Below, piece after piece: positions 32,251-41,129 of a DNA stretch of 64,000 bases. Below the pieces are notes generated by a model. It had not been told where the DNA came from. It searched no databases and saw nothing but the letters and a program-made list of their open reading frames with translations. The DNA is taken from the NCBI GenBank assembly GCA_038245905.1, contig JBBRRY010000001.1, positions 282,951 to 346,950 of the forward strand. The letters run 5' to 3'. Numbering within the stretch: position 1 is the stretch's first letter; the number at the start of each line of letters is the position of its first letter. The translations under genes were made by a program, and so were the position numbers. Origin of the DNA: Thermoanaerobaculia bacterium. Lineage in GTDB: Bacteria; Acidobacteriota; Thermoanaerobaculia; UBA5066.

Positions 32251-33985
32251 CCCTTTCTTCTCCTCCGCGTTCCTGGCCATCCTCGCGGCCGCCTGCAGCA
32301 AGCCCGCGCCCGCGCCGGTCTCCCCCACGCCCGCCCCCGAGCCGACGAAAGTCGCCTCGTCGATCCGGTTCGAGGACGTGACGAAGGCCTCGGGTGTCTC
32401 GTTCGTCCACGTAAACGGCGCCGCCGGGAAGAAGTGGATGCCCGAGACCATGGGCTCCGGCATCGCGGCGTTCGACGCTGACGGCGACGGCCGCGTCGAC
32501 CTTCTCTTCGTGAACGGCCGGTACTGGCCGGGAGACCCGAAGGCCGCGAGGCAACCCACGCTCTCGTTCTGGCGAAACGTCACCGAGCCGGGGGGACCGA
32601 TCCGGTTCGAGGACCGTACGCGCGACGCCGGCTTCGCTGTTTCGCTCTATGGCATGGGTGTGGCCGTCGGCGACGTGAATGACGACGGGTTCCCCGATGT
32701 CGTCGTCACGGGCCTCGACGACATCCGCCTCTTTCTCAACGACGGCAAGGGCCGCTTCCGTGACGCGACAAAGGGGTCGGGTCTCGTCGGATCCGGCTGG
32801 GGCTCGTCCGCGGCCTTCGCCGACTTCGACGGCGACGGAGTCCTCGACCTCTTCGTCGGCCAATACGTGAATTGGACTCCGAAGACGGACATGTACTGCT
32901 CGCTGGACGGTAAGACGAAGTCCTACTGCACGCCCGAGCGCTACAACGGCGTCTCATCCCGCCTCTACAAAGGCCTCGGTGGCGGAAAGTTCAAGGACAT
33001 CACGAAAGAAGCCGGCCTCCTGAACCCTCTCGGCAAGGCGCTGGGCGTGGCCGTCCGCGACATCGACGGCGACGGCCGCATGGACCTCGTCGTCTCGAAC
33101 GACACGTCGCCCAACAACCTGTACCGGAACGAAGAGACCGTGAACGGCGTCCCCGTCTTTCGCGACATGGCCGTCGAAGCCGGCGTTGCCGTGGGAGAGG
33201 ACGGCCGCGCGCGCGGCGCGATGGGCGTCGCGTTCGGCGACACGAAGAACGACGGCGGCACTTCCCTCGTGATCGGCAACTTCTCGAACGAGATGTGGTC
33301 CGTGTTCGCCGCGGGCCCGAAGGGCGACTTCTTCGTGGATGAATCCATCCAGAGCGGAATCGGGCGGACGTCTCTTCTTCCGCTCACGTTCGGCGTCGCC
33401 TTCGCGGACTTCGACCTCGACGGCGTTCTGGACCTCGTGGGCGTCAACGGCCACGTCGAGACTTCCGTCCAGAGCGTTCAGCCCACGGTGACCTATCGCC
33501 AGGCGCCGCTCCTCTATCGCGGCCTCGGCGCGGGCAAGTTCGCCGACGCTTCGTCCCAGGCGGGCGCGGGCTTCCTCGCGCCGATCGTCGGACGCGGGCT
33601 GGCCCTCGCCGACCTGGACGGAGACGGCAGGCCCGATCTCGTCGTGACCGAGAACGGCGGCCCTGCTCACGTCTTCCGCAACGTGACGGAGACGCCGGCG
33701 AAAGCCGTGCGTCTCCAACTTGCAACGAACGGCAAGAACCGCGACGCGATCGGCGCGCGCGTGACCTGCTCGATGGGCGGAAAGAAGCGCGTCGACGAGG
33801 TCTCGGGCGGCGACGGCTACCTCTCCGTCAGCGAGAGGACGATCACGATCGGGCTCGGCGCCGCGCCGAAGCTCGACGGGGTCGACGTCCGCTGGCCGGA
33901 CGGCACGACCGCCTCCGCGAAGGACCTCGCTCCGGGACTCTACAAATGGGTCGAGGGCGGAGCACCGGAACCCGCAAAACGCTAG
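32231..33985 (+). CDS. CRTAC1-like lipoprotein (FG-GAP/VCBS repeats + ASPIC/UnbV)
   Basis: Lipobox LAAAC; repeated DxDGDG motifs; NRDAIGARV...GYLS...GLG...VRWPDG. Confidence 0.9.
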   Translation: MTIQRNLPFFSSAFLAILAAACSKPAPAPVSPTPAPEPTKVASSIRFEDVTKASGVSFVHVNGAAGKKWMPETMGSGIAAFDADGDGRVDLLFVNGRYWPGDPKAARQPTLSFWRNVTEPGGPIRFEDRTRDAGFAVSLYGMGVAVGDVNDDGFPDVVVTGLDDIRLFLNDGKGRFRDATKGSGLVGSGWGSSAAFADFDGDGVLDLFVGQYVNWTPKTDMYCSLDGKTKSYCTPERYNGVSSRLYKGLGGGKFKDITKEAGLLNPLGKALGVAVRDIDGDGRMDLVVSNDTSPNNLYRNEETVNGVPVFRDMAVEAGVAVGEDGRARGAMGVAFGDTKNDGGTSLVIGNFSNEMWSVFAAGPKGDFFVDESIQSGIGRTSLLPLTFGVAFADFDLDGVLDLVGVNGHVETSVQSVQPTVTYRQAPLLYRGLGAGKFADASSQAGAGFLAPIVGRGLALADLDGDGRPDLVVTENGGPAHVFRNVTETPAKAVRLQLATNGKNRDAIGARVTCSMGGKKRVDEVSGGDGYLSVSERTITIGLGAAPKLDGVDVRWPDGTTASAKDLAPGLYKWVEGGAPEPAKR

Positions 33986-36369
33986 CGCGCGTACGGCAGG
34001 TTCATCTTCCGGAGTAGGTCCTGGAAGCGCGGGTCGCTCCGGAACACGTCGAAAAGCGGGTCGACTCCCATCCCGTCGATGATCCAGGCCCGGTCGTTCC
34101 ACGACTGCTCGAGCCAGGCCCAGGCCGTCGCCTTCTCTCCGAGGCCCGCGTAGACGAGCGCGATCTGGGTGGGTGGAAGGAAAGCGGACTTGCGCTTCTC
34201 GAGAAGCTTGTTCAGGACCTTCCGCGCCTCGTCCTTCCGGCCCGCGAGGCCGTATGTGAGGCCAACCGCGAAATTCGAGCCGGGATCCGGCACCTTGCGG
34301 GAAAGGAAGACCTCGATCGCCGCGTCATAGAGCTTGAGGCCCGTGAGGGCATTCGCAAGCTGGAACTTCGCGAAGACCGACTCGGGGTGGATTCCGAGCA
34401 CTTTGTGGTACTGCTGGACGGCTTCCTCGAACCGCCGGGCGTAGGTGAGGCGCATCCCGCAGAAGACGCCTATTTCCTCCGAGAGCGGGTCGAGCTGTTC
34501 GGCCGTGCGACTCTCGCGAATTGCCTCCTCGTGCCGCCCGAGAGTGGACGCGAGATAGGCGGCCTCGTTGTGGACGTTGGCCGAGCCCGGCGAGAGCTCC
34601 AGCGCCCGCCGGATGTCCCTCTCGGCCCCCACCCAGTCGAAGTCGCAGGAGCGCCTGAGGCTCGCGAGGAGAGAGAAGGCCTCGCCGTTGGCGGGATCGA
34701 GTTCGGTCGCCTTTTCGACCTCGGTGCGCGTCTCCGAGCACGATTCCGACATCGGCCGATAGCCGGCGGAGCCGCCCCAGCGAAGCGCGATCGCGAGGCG
34801 AAGATGCGCGAGGGCAAACTTGGGATCGGCCTCGATCGCCTTCCGGTACAGTTCCGTCGCCTTCTCGATTCCCGCCCGTTGCGTGAGGGACTGATTCATC
34901 GCGTACGTCCCGAGAAGGACGAGCCGGTGCGCTTCTGGGTCCACGGACCTACCGACCTTCAGGCGGTCCCGCTCCTCCGGGCTCACGGCGACACGGACCG
35001 CGCGCGCGATGGCGGATGCGACCTCACTCTGGAGGGACAGGACGTTGCGGTCTTCGCGCGTGTAGCTCTCGGTCCAGAGGTGCCGGTCGGAGCTTCCGTC
35101 GATGAGCTGGACCGTGATCCGGACCGACTTCCCGTCGCGCATGACGGAGCCCTCGACGACGCCTTTCACACCGAGCGCCTTCGCGATCTCGGGGAGGGAC
35201 TGCGTCGTGTTCTTGTACCGCATGACGGACGTCCGCGAGATGACCTTGAGGGCCTTTAGCCGCGAAAGCTCGGCGATTACAGCCTCCGTCATCCCGTCCG
35301 CGAAGTACTCCTGTTCGGGGTCCTTCGAGAGGTTCGCAAGGGGCAGGACCGCGATCGAGTCGATGCGCCTCGGCGCGAAGAGCGCCGCGATGCGCCCACG
35401 AAGGCCGCCGAGGTCCGCCGCGACGGCGAGCGCGAGGATTGCCGCGAGGCCGAGGCCGGCGCCTGCGATCAGCCGGCGATTTCCGCCCGGCGCCGTCCGG
35501 ACCTCCGGGATCGCCGCCTTCGGCGACGTCCGCAGCGTCTCGAGATCCGCCTTCAGATGCGCGGCGCCGGCGTAACGGTCTTCCGGGTACTTCCGCAGGC
35601 AGTTGCGGATGACGGCCTCGAGCCCTTTCGAGAGGCTGCCGTCCGTGGGCAGCTGCGGCTCGCCGTTCAGGATCGCGTCCATGAGGCGCGCGGCGACGGG
35701 TCCGTCGAACGGCCGCTTCCCCGTGGACATCTCGCACAGGACCACGCCCGCGGCCCAGATGTCCGTCCGCGCGTCGACGGGATCGGCCCGAAGCTGCTCC
35801 GGAGCCATGTAGGGCAACGTGCCCACGACTTCGCGGACGGTGGCGGTGAGCGTCTCGAGGACGGCCTCCGCGTCCGCCTCCGGCGCGTGGCGCAGCTTCG
35901 CGATCCCGAAATCGAGGATTCGGAGGTCGCCGCCCGGAGGGAGCTTGACGTTCGCGGGCTTGAGGTCGCAATGCACGACGCCCTCGGCGTGCGCCGCGGC
36001 AAGGCCGTCCGCGAGCTGAATCCCGAGCCGCGCGGCCTCGGCCTCCGGAAGCGGGCCCTCCCTGAGCCGCTCGGCGAGAGTCGGCCCCTCGACGAGCTCC
36101 ATGACGAGCGCCTCGGTCCCCGAGACCGCGAGGACGTCGTAGAGGTGCGCGATGTTCCGGTGCTTGAGCTTCGCGAGGACGACCGCTTCCTTGTGGACGC
36201 GGGCCCGGGCCGATTCGTCCGCGAGGAGCGCCGCCGAGAGCACCTTGATCGCGACGTCGCGCTCGAGGCGCGTGTCGCGGGCGCGGAACACCTGTCCCAT
36301 GCCGCCCGTCCCGAGCGTGCCGACGATTTCGTACGGCCCCAGCCGGAATCCAGGCCCCAGATCCGTCAC
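33982..36369 (-). CDS. Hanks-type Ser/Thr kinase with TM-like segment, TolB-N-like domain and TPRs
   Basis: GTGGMG, VAIK, HCDLKPAN, DFG, APE; SIAVLPLANLS...YFADGMTE; TPRs. Confidence 0.93.
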   Translation of the reverse strand: MTDLGPGFRLGPYEIVGTLGTGGMGQVFRARDTRLERDVAIKVLSAALLADESARARVHKEAVVLAKLKHRNIAHLYDVLAVSGTEALVMELVEGPTLAERLREGPLPEAEAARLGIQLADGLAAAHAEGVVHCDLKPANVKLPPGGDLRILDFGIAKLRHAPEADAEAVLETLTATVREVVGTLPYMAPEQLRADPVDARTDIWAAGVVLCEMSTGKRPFDGPVAARLMDAILNGEPQLPTDGSLSKGLEAVIRNCLRKYPEDRYAGAAHLKADLETLRTSPKAAIPEVRTAPGGNRRLIAGAGLGLAAILALAVAADLGGLRGRIAALFAPRRIDSIAVLPLANLSKDPEQEYFADGMTEAVIAELSRLKALKVISRTSVMRYKNTTQSLPEIAKALGVKGVVEGSVMRDGKSVRITVQLIDGSSDRHLWTESYTREDRNVLSLQSEVASAIARAVRVAVSPEERDRLKVGRSVDPEAHRLVLLGTYAMNQSLTQRAGIEKATELYRKAIEADPKFALAHLRLAIALRWGGSAGYRPMSESCSETRTEVEKATELDPANGEAFSLLASLRRSCDFDWVGAERDIRRALELSPGSANVHNEAAYLASTLGRHEEAIRESRTAEQLDPLSEEIGVFCGMRLTYARRFEEAVQQYHKVLGIHPESVFAKFQLANALTGLKLYDAAIEVFLSRKVPDPGSNFAVGLTYGLAGRKDEARKVLNKLLEKRKSAFLPPTQIALVYAGLGEKATAWAWLEQSWNDRAWIIDGMGVDPLFDVFRSDPRFQDLLRKMNLPYAR

Positions 36370-36424
36370 GCGCTCGTTGTCCTCCGCGATTGCGTCCCAG
36401 TATAGGACGCGCCGTCCGCGCCCC

Positions 36425-37996
36425 TCAGCGCATCCGCACGTCTTCGAGGTCCAGCTCGTGCTGCAGGCGGTGGAGGACGTCGTCGCCGATCACTTCCTCT
36501 TTCCAGAGCCTGAGAAGCTCCTTCCGCTGAACGTCGAGCGTCTCCTTCCGAAGGGCGTTCGAAGTGCGGGCCGTGGCAAGACCGCGGTTCGACGCCTCCC
36601 CGTCCAGGCCCTTGAGGGCCCGGACCCTCTGGACGTACTCGTTCTGGACCGGATGGACCTGATGCGCATGCAGGACGCCGTCGTCGAGCTTTCCGTCGAG
36701 ATGGCCGATCGCCGCCTCCGCGAGCGCGAGCCGGGCGTGCCGTTCCTCGCGCTCGGCCGACCGGTCTTCCTCCACGCGCAGCCACCGGATGAGAGGCGGC
36801 AGCGTGAGGCCCTGGATGACGAGCGTGCCGAGAATCAGCGAGAACGTGATGAAGATGAGGAAATTGCGAGCCGGGAACGGCTGCCCGGATGCCAGGGTCA
36901 GCGGCAGGGAGAGCGCGGCCGCCAGCGAGACGACGCCGCGCATCCCGGCCCAGCCGACGATCGTCACGGACTGCCAAGGTGGATAGGGATGGGTCGCCCG
37001 GAACTTAGGCGAGAGAAGGCGCGGCAGGTACGCGCCCGGAAACATCCAGAGCATGCGAACCACGACCATCGCCGAGAACGCCGCGAAGATTCCGTCCACC
37101 ACGGCCGGCCACGGGCGGTCCAGCCCGCGCAGGATCATCGGAAGCTGGAGGCCGATCAGGACGAATACGAGCGCGTTCAGAATGAAGACGAGCGTCTGCC
37201 AGACGGCCTCGCCGTCCACTCGGGTCTCCGCCTTCCAGATGTGGGGCACGTAGCGGCCCTGAAGCAGGCCGGCCACGACCACGGCGAGAACTCCCGACAC
37301 GTGCAGACGCTCGGCCACGATGTACACGAGGAAGGAGAAGAGGATGGACGCCGTCGTCGTCAGGATGGCGTCGTCGATGAAGCGCTGGAGCCAGATGAAG
37401 GCGAGGCTCATCGCGATCCCCACGGCGATGCCGCCCGCGACGAGAAGGAAGAACTCCAGAACGCCGGACGCGATCGAGAAGGACCCCGTGACGACCGCGG
37501 CGGTCGCGAACTTCAGGAGGACGAGGCCCGTCGCATCGTTCACGAGACTCTCGCCCTCGAGAATGGTCACGATCTGCCTGGGAAGGCGGAGCCGCTGCGC
37601 GATCGCCGAGGCGGCAATCGCGTCCGGCGGCGAAACGATCGCGCCGAGAACGAGGGCGACGGGCCACGCGATGCCGGGCACGAGCAGGTGAACCGCGGCG
37701 GCGACGCCGGTCGTCGTCGCGACGACCAGGCCCACGGCGAGGAGCGTGATCGAGAAGAGATTCGACCGGAAGTCGCGCCAGGAGGTGAAGTACCCGGCGG
37801 CGAAGAGGATCGGCGGGAGAAAAAGGAGAAAGACGAGCTGGGGGTCGAGCATGACCTCGGGGAGACCGGGGATGAACCCCAGCCCCATTCCCGCGACGAC
37901 GAGAAAAATGGGGTAGGGCACGTCGGCCTTCCGCGCCAGGAACGCGAGCAGCGTCGTGAGACCCAGGAGGGTCAGGATCGTCTCGACCGTCTGCAC
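36425..37996 (-). CDS. Na+/H+ antiporter (CPA1 family)
   Basis: GTG 37996; LFLPPILF, GAIVSPPDAIA, LEGESLVNDA, WAGMRGVVSLAAAL. Confidence 0.93.
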   Translation of the reverse strand: MQTVETILTLLGLTTLLAFLARKADVPYPIFLVVAGMGLGFIPGLPEVMLDPQLVFLLFLPPILFAAGYFTSWRDFRSNLFSITLLAVGLVVATTTGVAAAVHLLVPGIAWPVALVLGAIVSPPDAIAASAIAQRLRLPRQIVTILEGESLVNDATGLVLLKFATAAVVTGSFSIASGVLEFFLLVAGGIAVGIAMSLAFIWLQRFIDDAILTTTASILFSFLVYIVAERLHVSGVLAVVVAGLLQGRYVPHIWKAETRVDGEAVWQTLVFILNALVFVLIGLQLPMILRGLDRPWPAVVDGIFAAFSAMVVVRMLWMFPGAYLPRLLSPKFRATHPYPPWQSVTIVGWAGMRGVVSLAAALSLPLTLASGQPFPARNFLIFITFSLILGTLVIQGLTLPPLIRWLRVEEDRSAEREERHARLALAEAAIGHLDGKLDDGVLHAHQVHPVQNEYVQRVRALKGLDGEASNRGLATARTSNALRKETLDVQRKELLRLWKEEVIGDDVLHRLQHELDLEDVRMR

Positions 37997-38030
37997 ACCC
38001 GATTCTCGCCTACAATCACGGGACACTCTC

Positions 38031-38699
38031 ATGTCGGCACGCATGGCCATCGTGGCGGGAGCCAGCGGTCTGGTGGGCGGGCATTGCCTGCGCCGCCTTC
38101 TGGCCAGCGGTCTGCATGAGCAGGTCGTCGCGTTCGTACGCGGGCCGCTCAACGTCACGCACAAGCGCCTCCAGCAACGCACGGTCGATTTCGACCGCCT
38201 CGGCCGCATGTCGGCTTTCCCGCGCGCGCAGGACGTCTTCTGCTGCCTGGGCACCACGATGAAGAAGGCCGGCTCCGAGGAGGCCTTCCGGAAAGTCGAC
38301 TACGAGTACGTCGTGCGACTCGCCGAGTCCTCGCTCCGAACGGGTGCCGACCGTTTCTACCTCGTAAGCTCCGTCGGCGCCGACCGGAAATCGCGCGTCT
38401 TCTATAGCCGCGTAAAGGGCGAAGTGGAAGACGCGGTCACCCAGATGGGCTTCTCCGGACTTCACGTCTTCCGGCCATCGCTTCTCCTGGGCGGCCGGCC
38501 GGAAAAGCGGCCGGGCGAACAGGCCGGAATCGTCCTCGCGCAGCTTGCTTCCGGACTTTTCCTCGGGCCCATACGCAAGTACCGGCCGATCAAGGCCGAC
38601 AACGTGGCCAAGGCGATGGTCGTCATCGCGCGCGAGGGATCGCCCGGCGCGCACGTGTACGCCTCCGAGGAGATGGAAGGGCTGGCTTCGCTGTATTGA
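38031..38699 (+). CDS. NAD(P)H-binding oxidoreductase (YraR/TIP30-like)
   Basis: GASGLVG, FCCLGTT, FRKVDY, FYSRVKGE, FRPSLLLG. Confidence 0.9.
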   Translation: MSARMAIVAGASGLVGGHCLRRLLASGLHEQVVAFVRGPLNVTHKRLQQRTVDFDRLGRMSAFPRAQDVFCCLGTTMKKAGSEEAFRKVDYEYVVRLAESSLRTGADRFYLVSSVGADRKSRVFYSRVKGEVEDAVTQMGFSGLHVFRPSLLLGGRPEKRPGEQAGIVLAQLASGLFLGPIRKYRPIKADNVAKAMVVIAREGSPGAHVYASEEMEGLASLY

Positions 38700-38721
38700 G
38701 TATTGAAAATCGCGCCGTTCT

Positions 38722-39312
38722 CTACTTCAGCTTCACGAGCTCCCCGGCAATGCGCTTCTTCTGGTCCTCGGGAGCCATCGAAAGCGCCTTCTCGTAGTTC
38801 TCGCGTGCGCCCTTCTTGTCGCCGGACTTGTCGAGGCCCTCGGCGAGGCTGTCCCAGACGTTCCACGACTTCGGATGGTCGGCGGCGTTCTTGCGGAAGG
38901 CGGCGATCGCCTCGTCCGTCTTGCCCTCGCCGAGAAGCGTGTAGCCCTGGAGGTTAGTGTCCACCTCGGTTGCGAGAGGCTGGGCCCGTTTACGCGCCCC
39001 GGCGGCGCCGGCCGCGTCGCCCTTCAGCTCGAGGAGGTCCGCCTTCGTTCGGAGATTCTGGTAATTCGCCTGCATCGAGATCGATCGGTCGGCCCAGGCG
39101 ATCCCCTCGTCGACGTTCGTCTTGTTGCGCAAGCACCAGCCGGCCGCGCCATTCCAGCCTTGCCAGGAGAACCGCGGCAGGCCGCGGGGCTGCTCCCGGA
39201 TGCTGGCGAGCGTGACAGCCTTCGTGTCGACGCCAATCGGGACGCTGACCTTCAGCTTCTCCCAGCGGGAGCCCGAAGGCGACCGTACGAAGCAAAGGAA
39301 GACCGGACGCAT
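38722..39312 (-). pseudogene. 5'-truncated remnant of a DUF2911-TPR protein
   Basis: Recognisable sequence begins abruptly at RWEKLKVSVPIGVDT (end of a DUF2911-like domain) and continues into TPRs. No signal peptide or N-terminal domain; the first ~15 codons look non-homologous. Confidence 0.6.
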
Positions 39313-39341
39313 TTCATGTGATGCCTCCCTGAAGGAAATGC

Positions 39342-39458
39342 AGACTTCTTAGATGGTGAATACGGAAAAAGGCACAGACGGGTTTCCTTCTCGGCGGCCC
39401 CTGTTCCTTTCTAAGAAATCCCCTCTTCTCTTTCCCCTCTTTACCTTTTAAGAAATCT
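39342..39458. repeat. Dispersed motif cluster (reverse 39342-39356; forward 39407-39421 and 39444-39458)
   Basis: AGACTTCTTAGATGG, CTTTCTAAGAAATCC and CCTTTTAAGAAATCT; each forward copy is followed by CCTCTTCTC. Confidence 0.75.
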
Positions 39459-41129
39459 CCTCTTCTCCGCGAGCGTCCCGTCGCGGAGCGTGTAAAGCCG
39501 ATCGGCCGCAACGCCTTCGAACGCTGCGGAGGGCGCGGTCTGGCCCGGGGCGACGATCTCGACCTTCGCCGCCGTGGCGGTCCCGAGCCCGAAGTGCAAA
39601 GGCACCCAGGCGCCCGAGGCGTAGGAGGGACGAAGGATGAACTCCTGGACCTGACGGACGCCGCCCGTCGTGACGACGACCTTCGTTCCGAGGACAGTGC
39701 GGCGATCCGCTCCCGCCACCGGCAGGATCTCGAGCGCGTGGCCCGTCGCCGCGGTCGCGTTGCGCATAACACGGACGCCGCCGGCGACAGAGGCGATCAC
39801 GAGGTCGACGCGGCCATCGCCGTCGAGGTCCCCCGCCGCGAGCCCGCGGGCCGTGAGGCGCAAACCGGCGAAATCCCCCGAAGACGCCGTTGCGTCGGAA
39901 AGCCGCCCTCCGCCCTCGTTGCGGTAGAGAACCGGCGGCTGCCTGTAGCTCCGGTCCCCGCGCACGTACGGACCGAGACCCTTGCTGTTCCCGAAGAGCC
40001 TCGCCATCGACATGATGAACTTGGGAATGAGATGCCCGGAGACCATGACGAGGTCTGGCCGCCCGTCGTCGTCGAAGTCGGCGATGTCGGTCCCCCACTG
40101 GACGTACGGGAGCGACGCGCGCTCGACGCCGGAGGACTCCGTCGCGTCGTCAAAGAGCGCGCCCTCCAGGTTGCGATAGAGCGTTTTCGGCTCGCCCGCG
40201 AAATTCGTCACGAAGATCTCCGGCCGACCATCGCCGTCGAGGTCGCCGATCGCGACACCCATGCCGGCGCGGGCCTCCTTGTGGTCGCGCCTGCCGGCGC
40301 CGGCTTCGACCGTCACGTCCTCGAACGTGCCGTCGCCCCGGTTGCGATAGAGGACGTTCGTCGTCCGGTCGTTCGCGACGTAGAGGTCGGGTTTGCCGTC
40401 GCCGTCGTAGTCGAAGAAGACGGCCGAGAGGCCGCGCCCGCCCGCGTTCGGAACACCGGCCTGTTTCGCGCGCTCGACGAAACGTCCGTCCACGCCTTGG
40501 ACGTTCAGCTTCGCCTCCTGGCCCTCGTAGTCCTCGGGGACCCGGACCTCGAACTGCCGGAATGCGTTCTCCTTCCCGTAATCCGTGTCGAGGTAACCGA
40601 CGACGTAGAGATCGACGCGCCCGTCTCCGTTCACGTCCCCTGCCGCGAGGCCGACCGCGTAGCCGGGCGCGGCGAGGCCGCGCTCGACCCCGACCTCGCG
40701 GAATTTCCCGTTGCCGAGGTTCTTCCATATCTCGGTCCTCCCAACTCCCGTCACGACGAGGTCGATTTGCCCTTCGCCGTCGAGGTCCACCCAGGAGGCA
40801 CCCATCTTCCAGCCGCAGGAGTGAATGCTCGAGCGCCCCGTCACGTCCTCGAACGTCCCGTCGCCCCGATTCCGATAGAGAACGCCGCAGGGGCCAGCCT
40901 CCGGCTTGCTGCCGTTCGCCACGGAGCCCGTGAAGAAGAGGTCAAGGAATCCATCTCCGTCGAAGTCCCCCGCCGCGACGCCCCCGCCCATGGTCGCGAG
41001 ATTTCGCCCGCGCCTGAGGTCGGTGTCGAACTTGAAAGTCACCCCCGAGCGCTTTGTGACGTCCGTGAAGCGGATCGGGGGGTGAGGCGAGAGGAGAAGC
41101 GCGGCGAGAAATGCGGCGGCGAATCTCAT
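39441..41129 (-). CDS. CRTAC1-like exported protein (FG-GAP + ASPIC/UnbV)
   Basis: ATG 41129 in an ATGA overlap with the upstream gene; IRFTDVT, several DxDGDG repeats, SYASG...LHFGLG. Confidence 0.9.
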   Translation of the reverse strand: MRFAAAFLAALLLSPHPPIRFTDVTKRSGVTFKFDTDLRRGRNLATMGGGVAAGDFDGDGFLDLFFTGSVANGSKPEAGPCGVLYRNRGDGTFEDVTGRSSIHSCGWKMGASWVDLDGEGQIDLVVTGVGRTEIWKNLGNGKFREVGVERGLAAPGYAVGLAAGDVNGDGRVDLYVVGYLDTDYGKENAFRQFEVRVPEDYEGQEAKLNVQGVDGRFVERAKQAGVPNAGGRGLSAVFFDYDGDGKPDLYVANDRTTNVLYRNRGDGTFEDVTVEAGAGRRDHKEARAGMGVAIGDLDGDGRPEIFVTNFAGEPKTLYRNLEGALFDDATESSGVERASLPYVQWGTDIADFDDDGRPDLVMVSGHLIPKFIMSMARLFGNSKGLGPYVRGDRSYRQPPVLYRNEGGGRLSDATASSGDFAGLRLTARGLAAGDLDGDGRVDLVIASVAGGVRVMRNATAATGHALEILPVAGADRRTVLGTKVVVTTGGVRQVQEFILRPSYASGAWVPLHFGLGTATAAKVEIVAPGQTAPSAAFEGVAADRLYTLRDGTLAEKRRFLKR

